43,157 bases of DNA. It comes from a virus (lineage: Duplodnaviria; Heunggongvirae; Uroviricota; Caudoviricetes). The DNA is taken from the IMG/VR virus record IMGVR_UViG_3300043399_000676. One strand, given 5' to 3'. Under the pieces are notes generated by a model, which had not been told where the DNA came from, searched no databases, and worked only from the letters and a program-made list of their open reading frames with translations. Position numbers and translations under genes: made by a program. Shown in pieces: positions 29,516 to 37,622 of this stretch (position 1 is its first letter; every line of letters starts with the position of its first letter).

Positions 29516-30784
29516 ATGAATCAATACAAATTTAGTATTATCACACCGGAGCATAATCCTAATAACGCTCCTTTTTTGCTAGAGCTATATAAAAGTATAG
29601 CTAATCAAACCTATTCTAACTGGGAGTGGATTTTATATTTAAACAATGGTTGTTCACCCGATGATCTCCCTGAACTCATTCTTATGGATGACCGAGTTAT
29701 GATCTATCATTGCTTGGATGCAGCACATAACATTGGTGCAATAAAAAATGCAGCATTTAATTTAGGAACAGGTGATGTTTTGGTTGAAGCAGATCATGAT
29801 GATATCTTAACTCCTGATTGTTTAGAAGAGTTGAACATTGCGTTCCAAGATCAACAAGTTGGGTTTGTTTTTAGTGACAATGCAGTTCTTCACATGAAGG
29901 ATGAGTTCTCACCATTCTCTTCTACTTATGGATGGACTCATAGGATGTTTGAGTGGCAAGGAAAACAGTTATATGCAATGAATAGCTTTGAACCTTCTAG
30001 TCATTCAGTTGGGTATATTTGGTACGCACCTGATCATGTTAGATCATGGAGAACTTCTATTTACAAAGAGATCGGCGGCCATAACCCTGATCTTTCTGTA
30101 TGCGATGACCATGAATTGATGATTCGTACATATCTTACTACAAACATGAAGAGGATTCCCAAGGTTCTATACATCTACAGAATCACTGGGGATAATACTT
30201 GGTTAGCTAGAAATCAAGAGATACAAACCAAAACAGTAGAACTTTTTAATCAATATGCAATGAAGCTAGCTGAACGTGATGCAGAAAAAAGAAATCTTCT
30301 TAAGGTTGATATAGGCGGGGGGATAAACTCACTGCCAGGGTATATTACACTAGATCAGAGAGAAACAGCCCACGTTGTATGTGATTTAAATAACGGTATT
30401 CCTTTGCCCGATAACTCAGTGGGAGTTTTGAACGCAAGTCATATTATTGAACATCTCCGAGATCCTATTAAAACTATGCGTGAGATTCACAGAGTACTTG
30501 CACATGGAGGATGGGCATTTATAGAAGTTCCAAGCACAGACGGGAGAGGAGCGTTTCAAGATCCAACTCATGTTAGTTATTGGAATGAAAATAGCTTCCT
30601 GTATTATACTAACTCGTATTTTGCAAACTTTATTGAGAACAAAGATATTCGATTCCAAGAGTTTAGAAGAGAGACATGGTTTCCTAATGAATTCTTGCGT
30701 AACATGAACGTTTGTGTTACTACTGCTTGGTTGGTTGCCCACAAGCCAAATGGAAATACTTTGCCTCACGGTATGTATATATGA
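29516..30784 (+). CDS. GT2 glycosyltransferase fused to a SAM methyltransferase
   Basis: FSIITPEHN, NQTYSNWEWIL, EADHDD (DxD) and CDDHELMIR; C-terminal KVDIGGG and ASHIIEHL..LAHGGW. Probable start is ATG 29516. Confidence 0.85.
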   Translation: MNQYKFSIITPEHNPNNAPFLLELYKSIANQTYSNWEWILYLNNGCSPDDLPELILMDDRVMIYHCLDAAHNIGAIKNAAFNLGTGDVLVEADHDDILTPDCLEELNIAFQDQQVGFVFSDNAVLHMKDEFSPFSSTYGWTHRMFEWQGKQLYAMNSFEPSSHSVGYIWYAPDHVRSWRTSIYKEIGGHNPDLSVCDDHELMIRTYLTTNMKRIPKVLYIYRITGDNTWLARNQEIQTKTVELFNQYAMKLAERDAEKRNLLKVDIGGGINSLPGYITLDQRETAHVVCDLNNGIPLPDNSVGVLNASHIIEHLRDPIKTMREIHRVLAHGGWAFIEVPSTDGRGAFQDPTHVSYWNENSFLYYTNSYFANFIENKDIRFQEFRRETWFPNEFLRNMNVCVTTAWLVAHKPNGNTLPHGMYI

Positions 30785-30954
30785 CATCTTATATTCATCT
30801 AGTTAAGATCGATGACGTTGAAAAGGAACGTAGGGTAGAAATATGCAATAAGTGTGAGCACTTAAGCAAACTAAAAGTTTGTAAGAAATGTGGTTGCCCA
30901 ATTCAAACTAAAACTTGGTTAAAGAAAGCAAAATGCCCTATCGGTAAGTGGTAG
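30781..30954 (+). CDS. Small Cys-rich protein (DUF6171-like)
   Basis: CxxC-x8-CxxCGC-x6-K-x6-CPIGKW. Start at 30781 gives an ATGA overlap. Confidence 0.7.
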   Translation: MTSYIHLVKIDDVEKERRVEICNKCEHLSKLKVCKKCGCPIQTKTWLKKAKCPIGKW

Positions 30955-31005
30955 AAAAGTTAATCTGTCTAGTTTTGTTGATACATACAAATCAAAAGAT
31001 TAGAT

Positions 31006-34000
31006 ATGATTACAGGCCCAGTAAAATTTGATTTCATGGCAGGTGGAGTAAAACGCACTTCTATGGCGTTTTGGTGTGTCATGATGAAGCGAGAGTTGTT
31101 TGACGAGATTGGACTTTTAGATGAAATCTTTTCTCCTGGTATGGGAGAAGATGGTGATTTCTCTATACGAGCCGAAATGGCAGGTCATTCTTTAGTTCAA
31201 GTTCCTAATAATTTTAGTCATATGTTCGGGGAAGGCAAGTTAGACAACGAGGTCTATGCTTTCCCTATTTACCATAAAGGTTCGGGAACATTTGGATGGG
31301 GTGACTATGGTGGTATAATTGAACGAAACCAAAAAATTCTAGACGAGAGGTATGGGTTGAATCAAAAAACTTACGAAATAGATTCCAGGTATCAAACCAA
31401 TAAAGAAATTAGATACTTTGATGATTTGCAGAATGCTGACGAGTTTCAGAATGAAGTGTATGAATATGCAAGATTTCTTGCAGAACAGAACTCCTACAAA
31501 ACAGTATTAGATATAGGTTGTGGCTCTGGATTCAAATTGAGAAAATACTTCGACGCTTCGAAGTACGATTGTTATGGGCTAGATTTAGACAAAACTTGTT
31601 CGGTTTTGCGAGAGAAGTATAAAGATGTAAACTGGATATCATATGATATCGATAATGAAACTGGAGCCCCGAGTGAACTTCCACCGCAGGTTGATCTTGT
31701 GATATGTTCAGATGTAATAGAACACCTGCGAGATCCTGATAGGTTGATGTCTTTCTTAAAAGGGATTGATTATAAAATCTTATTGCTATCAACACCGGAC
31801 AGGGATATTATTTCATCTAGGAATGGTAAGTTGTTTGGACCACCGGATAACGCTCATCATATTCGTGAATGGAATAAAGATGAACTTAATAGATATCTAA
31901 GTAAGCATGTAAAGGTAACTGGGCAAGCAGTTATAAATGAAGCACAAGCAACTCAAATGGCGGTTTGTATTCCAGCAAAAACTCAAGTTTCCATAGTAAT
32001 TCCAACATACAATCATTGCGATGATCTACTGAAACCTTGCATTGAAAGTATCCAACAATACACAGACATGGTAAATGTTGAGTTAGTAATAGTTGCGAAT
32101 GGATGTTCTGATAATACACGAGAATATGTCCAAACTCTAGAAGGTAACGTGAAGTTAATATGGGTAGATGAAGCCATTGGCTACACAAAGGCGACTAACT
32201 TAGGAATTAAAGCAGCAACAGGGGAAACAATTGTTCTGATGAACAACGATGTTTTGCTGTTGTCACAATATAAGAATTTTTGGTTAGACGTATTGATGAA
32301 CGCACTTGTTCCTACTAATGTAGGGATTGTTGGTGTTTTGGAAAACTATGATATGTACGCCGACGCCAAATTTCCTATATTTTTCTGCGTTGCTATCAAG
32401 AGAGAAGTGTTTGATAAAATTGGATTACTAGATGAAGCATATTCTCCTGGATATGGAGAAGATATTGACTTTACTCTTAGAGCCAAGCAAGCAGGATTTG
32501 ATTACATTATCCCCGTCGCAACTAGATTCGTCGATGGACAGAATGTAACTGAATACCCTATTTGGCACAAGAACAATCAAACGTTCAAAGATGTTCCAGA
32601 ATATTTGAGTATCATCCAAAGGAACAATCGGTTGTTATATGAGAAATACAATCCCAGATTCAAGTCGGCTGATTTCAGTATTGTCATTCCTACTTATAAT
32701 CATTTGTATGACGCATTGAAACCATGCATTGAATCATTGTTTAACTACACTGATCTTTCAAATAAAGAAGTAATTGTAGTTGCAAATGGTTGCACTGACG
32801 ATACAAAGCCGTTTTTAGACTCGATATCTGATAAGGTTCGTGTAATTTGGTTTGATGACCCGATTGGGTACATCAATGCGGTAAACGCCGGTATTGCCGT
32901 TAGTGTTGGTAAACACATCATTTTGTTAGATAATGACTGTGTGCTTTTACCTCAATCAGTTGATGATTGGGTGAATATTCTTCATGCACCATTTGTAAAT
33001 AGTGACAAGGTCGCTGCATCAAGTCCATTTGCTCATGAATATGAAGACATGGGGTTTGTTTTGCATTCAGGATGCACAATGTATAGGGCGGATGTACTGC
33101 GTCAAATTGGTATGTTTGATACTACATATCATCCTGGATACTTTAGTGACTCAGATGTTGCAATGAAAATATGGAAAGCAGGATATGAATGTGTAGAAGT
33201 ACCAAAACGTAACGATGATAAGCCCTACAATAACAATCTATTCTTAATCAATTTTCCAGTGATGCATTTGGGAAATGTTCAGACAATGGATAAAGTTAAG
33301 GACAATGAAATCGTCAAAAAGAACAGAGAGATTTTATATTCAAGATATGGAAAGAAAAAACAAATGAAAAAATATAGCATAGTAATCCCTACTTATAATC
33401 ATTGCGATGACCTACTAAGACCTTGCCTTGAGAGTATTGAACGTTACTCAGATATGAGTCAGGTTGAGGTTATTGTAGTTGCAAATGGTTGTGTGGATAA
33501 TACTAAGGAGTATGTAGAGAGTTTAAACCCTGAAAACTTTAAGTTAATCTGGGTAGATGAAGCTATTGGCTATACAAAGGCAACTAACTTAGGCATTAAA
33601 GCAGCAACAGGTGAATATGTTGTGCTTTTGAACAATGATACTGAAATTCTACCTTCAGAAAAAAACGCATGGCTAAACATCTTGGAGGAACCCTTTAACA
33701 CAAAAAAGAAGGTAGGACTGACGGGCCCCTTGCAACTTTTTGATGATTATGCAGGTTCGCCAGTCCTTATCTTTTTCTGTGTAATGATTAAACGTACCCT
33801 ATTTGAAGAAATTGGGTATTTGGATGAAATCTTTACACCAGGTGGCGGTGAAGACATTGATTTTACTGTTCGCGCAAACCTTGCAGGATATGAAGCGATT
33901 CAGGTTACTCAGACCACTTATAACGGTGTAACTAATGTAGGTAACTTTCCGATTTGGCACAAAGACAATAAGACGTTCGGCGAAATCCCTGAATACACGA

Positions 34001-35223
34001 ACCATATCGTAAAGCGTAATGGTCATATTAATGCTAAACGATACAATAAGAATCTAAAATTGAACTTGGGTTCAGGTGGTGTACCCTATCCAGGATATTT
34101 GTCAGTTGATCTTTATGATAAACGAGCACATGTCCATATGGACATTACTAAGCTAGATTTTCATGATAACACCGCAGTTGAAATTCTTGCTTCGCATGTG
34201 TTCGAACATCTTAATCCTTATCATGCATTGGACATTCTTAAAGATTGGAACAGAGTTCTTAAGCCAGGTGGAAAGCTTATTATGGAGATGCCAGACATCG
34301 AAGCCTTGTGCGCTAGGTTCGCTGATGCAAACACAGGAGAACGATACGGCATTCTAAATGCAGTATATGGTAGCGTTAACACTACGGGTGAAGGTGGACC
34401 AGACAATATTACAGCACCGCATCTATTTGGTTGGTGGAGACAATCTCTGTTAGATCATTTACTTAATGCAGGATACGTCGATATCGAGTTCATGGAAGAG
34501 CAAATCCCTCACCCTGAAAGCAACTTGCGGGTCGAAGCAGTAAAGCCTATCCCTAACAGGAGTGAATTGTATGCACAAGACCCTCTTACTTACGATGAAA
34601 TCTTTGGTATCGACGGGTACAAGATTGCAAAGAGAGGACCACTATCACCTAGAGGAAAAACAGTAGTAGACATTGGTGCGAATATTGGATTGTTCGCTCT
34701 TAGATGTGTAGAATTAGGTGCAGCTAGAGTGATTTCTGTTGAACCTCAACCTGCTGTCTATCATCAAGGACTTCTACGTTACATAAAAGATTTTCCACAG
34801 GTCATTCCAATCAATCGAGCTTGTTTAGATGTTGATGGTAAACAAGTTTTGATTTCTGATCAAAATGTTGCATCTAGGATTGGATACGAGGGAGATCCGG
34901 TGGAAAGTATTTCTCTAAGAACTATCGTAACTCAATATAATGTTGAAAAGGATTCGCTTCTTAAAATTGATTGCGAAGGATCTGAGTATGATATTCTTTT
35001 GAATACTGATATTGATACTCTTAGGTTGTTCAAGGTAATTGATATGGAATTACATATGATCAACAACGTTAATCCTTTGTACAAAGGATTTGAAATTATC
35101 ATGAATCGAATGAATGAAGTTGGCTTTAAGATGGAAGAATTCACACAGCATTACTGGAACTTTACAGATGGCCGAGTCCATCCGATTGATGTTTGTGTCT
35201 TGAAATGGGTTAGAATGGATTAA
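31006..35223 (+). CDS. Multidomain glycosyltransferase/methyltransferase polyprotein (half GT2 - MTase - GT2 - GT2 - GT2 - MTase - FkbM-type MTase)
   Basis: SIVIPTYNH three times (about 31981, 32671, 33364), each with NND/DND and EDIDF/SDSDV motifs. SAM motifs VLDIGCGSG, LNLGSGG and VVDIGANIG...LLKIDCEGSE. Confidence 0.9.
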   Translation: MITGPVKFDFMAGGVKRTSMAFWCVMMKRELFDEIGLLDEIFSPGMGEDGDFSIRAEMAGHSLVQVPNNFSHMFGEGKLDNEVYAFPIYHKGSGTFGWGDYGGIIERNQKILDERYGLNQKTYEIDSRYQTNKEIRYFDDLQNADEFQNEVYEYARFLAEQNSYKTVLDIGCGSGFKLRKYFDASKYDCYGLDLDKTCSVLREKYKDVNWISYDIDNETGAPSELPPQVDLVICSDVIEHLRDPDRLMSFLKGIDYKILLLSTPDRDIISSRNGKLFGPPDNAHHIREWNKDELNRYLSKHVKVTGQAVINEAQATQMAVCIPAKTQVSIVIPTYNHCDDLLKPCIESIQQYTDMVNVELVIVANGCSDNTREYVQTLEGNVKLIWVDEAIGYTKATNLGIKAATGETIVLMNNDVLLLSQYKNFWLDVLMNALVPTNVGIVGVLENYDMYADAKFPIFFCVAIKREVFDKIGLLDEAYSPGYGEDIDFTLRAKQAGFDYIIPVATRFVDGQNVTEYPIWHKNNQTFKDVPEYLSIIQRNNRLLYEKYNPRFKSADFSIVIPTYNHLYDALKPCIESLFNYTDLSNKEVIVVANGCTDDTKPFLDSISDKVRVIWFDDPIGYINAVNAGIAVSVGKHIILLDNDCVLLPQSVDDWVNILHAPFVNSDKVAASSPFAHEYEDMGFVLHSGCTMYRADVLRQIGMFDTTYHPGYFSDSDVAMKIWKAGYECVEVPKRNDDKPYNNNLFLINFPVMHLGNVQTMDKVKDNEIVKKNREILYSRYGKKKQMKKYSIVIPTYNHCDDLLRPCLESIERYSDMSQVEVIVVANGCVDNTKEYVESLNPENFKLIWVDEAIGYTKATNLGIKAATGEYVVLLNNDTEILPSEKNAWLNILEEPFNTKKKVGLTGPLQLFDDYAGSPVLIFFCVMIKRTLFEEIGYLDEIFTPGGGEDIDFTVRANLAGYEAIQVTQTTYNGVTNVGNFPIWHKDNKTFGEIPEYTNHIVKRNGHINAKRYNKNLKLNLGSGGVPYPGYLSVDLYDKRAHVHMDITKLDFHDNTAVEILASHVFEHLNPYHALDILKDWNRVLKPGGKLIMEMPDIEALCARFADANTGERYGILNAVYGSVNTTGEGGPDNITAPHLFGWWRQSLLDHLLNAGYVDIEFMEEQIPHPESNLRVEAVKPIPNRSELYAQDPLTYDEIFGIDGYKIAKRGPLSPRGKTVVDIGANIGLFALRCVELGAARVISVEPQPAVYHQGLLRYIKDFPQVIPINRACLDVDGKQVLISDQNVASRIGYEGDPVESISLRTIVTQYNVEKDSLLKIDCEGSEYDILLNTDIDTLRLFKVIDMELHMINNVNPLYKGFEIIMNRMNEVGFKMEEFTQHYWNFTDGRVHPIDVCVLKWVRMD

Positions 35224-35224
35224 T

Positions 35225-36205
35225 ATGGGAAAGCAAATTCTTTGTTCTATTTCAACTAGAAATCGTTATGACACAACATTGCCTATGGCAATTGAGTCAG
35301 TCATAATGCAGACTAAGCGACCTGATAAGCTGGTTATTTTTGATGACAATGATAATCCTAAAGATATGCGAGAAGTGCAGCATTATAGGTATTTGTTTGA
35401 AATGATGCAACTTAAAGGGATGGATTGGGAATGGGTATATGCCTTGAAGAAAGGGCAACATCATAACCATCAAATGGCTAATAGAATGGGTTACGAATGG
35501 GTATGGAGACTTGATGATGATACGGTGGCAGAGCCTAACGTACTTGAGACTTTGTTTTCCTACACTGACCCTACGATCGGAGCGGTAGGAGGGGCAGTAC
35601 TTACTCCTCCTTTCGGTCCATTGGGTAAGGTTACAAGTAAGATAGAAGATATCTACTCTGAACCTAATATACAGTGGTATTATATTGACCAAGTCAAAGA
35701 AGTTGATCATTTACATTGTTCCTTTCTATACCGAGCAGGAGTGTATGATTATGATCTCAGTTTGTCTAGAGTAGCGCATCGAGAAGAGACACTATTTTCG
35801 TATGGGCTTGTGCAAAAGGGGTATAGAAATTTAGTCGTTCCTAATGCTGTAACATGGCACTTAAAAAATGCGACTGGCGGAATTAGAGACTCCAATGTTC
35901 GTGAATGGTTTGAACATGATGAAAACATTTTCAGGAATAAGATACTCTTAAGGGACAACACGATTGTTGTATTAGATTGCGGAATGGGAGATCATATCGT
36001 GTTTAAGCATGTGCTTCCTGATGTTAAAAACCCTATTGTTTTCAGTTGCTACCCTAATATTGTTCCTGGTAAGAGTATTGCGGAAGCGTATCAAATGTTT
36101 GGTGATTTGAGTCAGTTTAGTATCTACAGAAAAATGGATGAATGGAATTGGAAAGGCTCCCTTGAAGACGCCTTTAGAAAACTTTATGTGAGTGATAAAA
36201 AATGA
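35225..36205 (+). CDS. GT2 glycosyltransferase with a C-terminal GT9-like N-lobe fragment
   Basis: CSISTRNRY..LPMAIESVIMQT, IFDDN, WRLDDD and HREET; C-terminal IVVLDCGMGDHIVF resembles the GxGD start of GT9. Confidence 0.75.
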   Translation: MGKQILCSISTRNRYDTTLPMAIESVIMQTKRPDKLVIFDDNDNPKDMREVQHYRYLFEMMQLKGMDWEWVYALKKGQHHNHQMANRMGYEWVWRLDDDTVAEPNVLETLFSYTDPTIGAVGGAVLTPPFGPLGKVTSKIEDIYSEPNIQWYYIDQVKEVDHLHCSFLYRAGVYDYDLSLSRVAHREETLFSYGLVQKGYRNLVVPNAVTWHLKNATGGIRDSNVREWFEHDENIFRNKILLRDNTIVVLDCGMGDHIVFKHVLPDVKNPIVFSCYPNIVPGKSIAEAYQMFGDLSQFSIYRKMDEWNWKGSLEDAFRKLYVSDKK

Positions 36206-36651
36206 TATTGATTTCCCCTTATGCAAAACAAATGCGAAATGGAGAAAAACATCCAAAGAACTATCCGTACTGGGATAAGCTCATCCCTATGATAAAAGAG
36301 CCGATCATTCAGGTTGGCATCGAGGGAGAGTCTCCGATGGTAGAGGACTTTCGCCAAAACTTGTCATTGATTGAATTAGAAAATCTTGTCAATGAATGCA
36401 AGACTTGGATATCAGTTGATTCATTCTTTCAGCATTTTTGTTGGGATTTAGGTAAACCTGGCATTGTACTATTTGGACAATCTGATCCAAATATATTCGG
36501 TCATCCAGAAAATATTAACCTACTAAAAGATAGAAAGTTCTTGAGAAAAAACCAGTTTTGGCTTTGGGAACAGTGTGAAGCCAATGACGAGGCGTTTGTA
36601 GAACCTGAAGAAGTTTTAAGGACACTAAATGAACATTTTTCAGTCAACTGA
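36202..36651 (+). CDS. GT9-like (heptosyltransferase family) C-terminal lobe
   Basis: ISPYA....KNYPYW, IQVG..GE, LSL.EL..L, ISVDSFFQH and GKPGIVLFGQSDP..FG match the GT9 C-lobe pattern. Confidence 0.7.
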   Translation: MILISPYAKQMRNGEKHPKNYPYWDKLIPMIKEPIIQVGIEGESPMVEDFRQNLSLIELENLVNECKTWISVDSFFQHFCWDLGKPGIVLFGQSDPNIFGHPENINLLKDRKFLRKNQFWLWEQCEANDEAFVEPEEVLRTLNEHFSVN

Positions 36652-37072
36652 CGGTGATACTAGGTTAAAACTTTGGTTTGATTTTAGAGAGGAGATCAAA
36701 GGTTTAAATACGAGAGATAAATGCATTGCAGTTGATAACTGGTGGCAAGCTGCTCCGTTGATCAATCATCATTTACATCCAGCTGACATCGAGAATTGGC
36801 CTAATCCATGGGAACTGTTGACAGAAAACAGCTACTGCACGATTGCAAGAGGATTAGGGATGTGCTATACTTTAGCCTTTTCAGGTGTAAAAAATGTTAA
36901 TATGGTAGAGGCTAAGAACAGAGTTGGTGAAGAAGTGGTATTAGTTTTAGTGGACAACTCAAAGTATATACTTAACTATTGGCCTAACACAGTAATAAGT
37001 AATACACTCGATGAATTTGAAGTCACAAAAAAGATAAAGATTGAGAATATCTTAACCAAATATAATAACTAA
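36629..37072 (+). CDS. Hypothetical protein (possible degenerate transglutaminase-like fold)
   Basis: 147-aa ORF with normal composition. WPNPWELL....YC..A.....YTL loosely resembles the LapG/BTLCP signature. Confidence 0.55.
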   Translation: MNIFQSTDGDTRLKLWFDFREEIKGLNTRDKCIAVDNWWQAAPLINHHLHPADIENWPNPWELLTENSYCTIARGLGMCYTLAFSGVKNVNMVEAKNRVGEEVVLVLVDNSKYILNYWPNTVISNTLDEFEVTKKIKIENILTKYNN

Positions 37073-37083
37073 GGAGAAGTAAA

Positions 37084-37311
37084 ATGAACGCGGTAGTTTG
37101 GAGTAAACAACAATGCACTTTTTGCGAACAAGCAAAGGCATTGCTAAAACAAAAAGGAATTCCTTTTGAAGAAAGAAAAATAGGTGAGGGATGGTCTAAA
37201 GAGCAATTGATTGAAGCTGTCCCTTCTGCTAGGACAGTACCTCAAATATTCTTAAATGATGAGTATGTAGGTGGGTTTGATCAACTTAAAACAAAATTAG
37301 GGGCAATGTAA
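37084..37311 (+). CDS. Glutaredoxin
   Basis: WSK..CTFC..AK.LL, RTVPQIF and YVGGFDQL; aaggag SD. Confidence 0.95.
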   Translation: MNAVVWSKQQCTFCEQAKALLKQKGIPFEERKIGEGWSKEQLIEAVPSARTVPQIFLNDEYVGGFDQLKTKLGAM

Positions 37312-37619
37312 TGTTTTCAGAACTAAAAGTAGGCGAAGTTTACACATTTAAAACATCGGGAGGCGAAGAGATTGTTGCTAAACTTCATAGCGATGGCAAG
37401 GGTATGATTATTCAGGTAGTCAACCCTGTTAGTGTTGCACATGGAGGGCAAGGAATGGGGCTCATTCCATCGATGATTACCGCAGATCATGAGAAATCGG
37501 TACAACTAAATACTAATAACATTCTTATGGTATGCGAAGCGGATGAAAATGTAAAGAACAAATACATTGAATTGACTACTGGGTTAAAGCTTCCAGGTAA
37601 GAAGTTAATTTTAGGATAA
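37311..37619 (+). CDS. Hypothetical protein, possible Sm/LSm-like beta fold
   Basis: TAATG-coupled. VYTFK..GGEEIVAKL...V.NPV pattern resembles small Sm-like phage proteins. Confidence 0.5.
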   Translation: MFSELKVGEVYTFKTSGGEEIVAKLHSDGKGMIIQVVNPVSVAHGGQGMGLIPSMITADHEKSVQLNTNNILMVCEADENVKNKYIELTTGLKLPGKKLILG

Positions 37620-37622
37620 TTC

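Noticed and set aside
30952-31005. Stop-codon recoding (TAG readthrough) restoring the truncated GT2
   Set aside because: TAG ends only one of about 30 genes, but that gene ends at its canonical CPxGKW and a TAA follows three codons later. The polyprotein frame has both TAG and TGA upstream, and no gene appears split at TAG.
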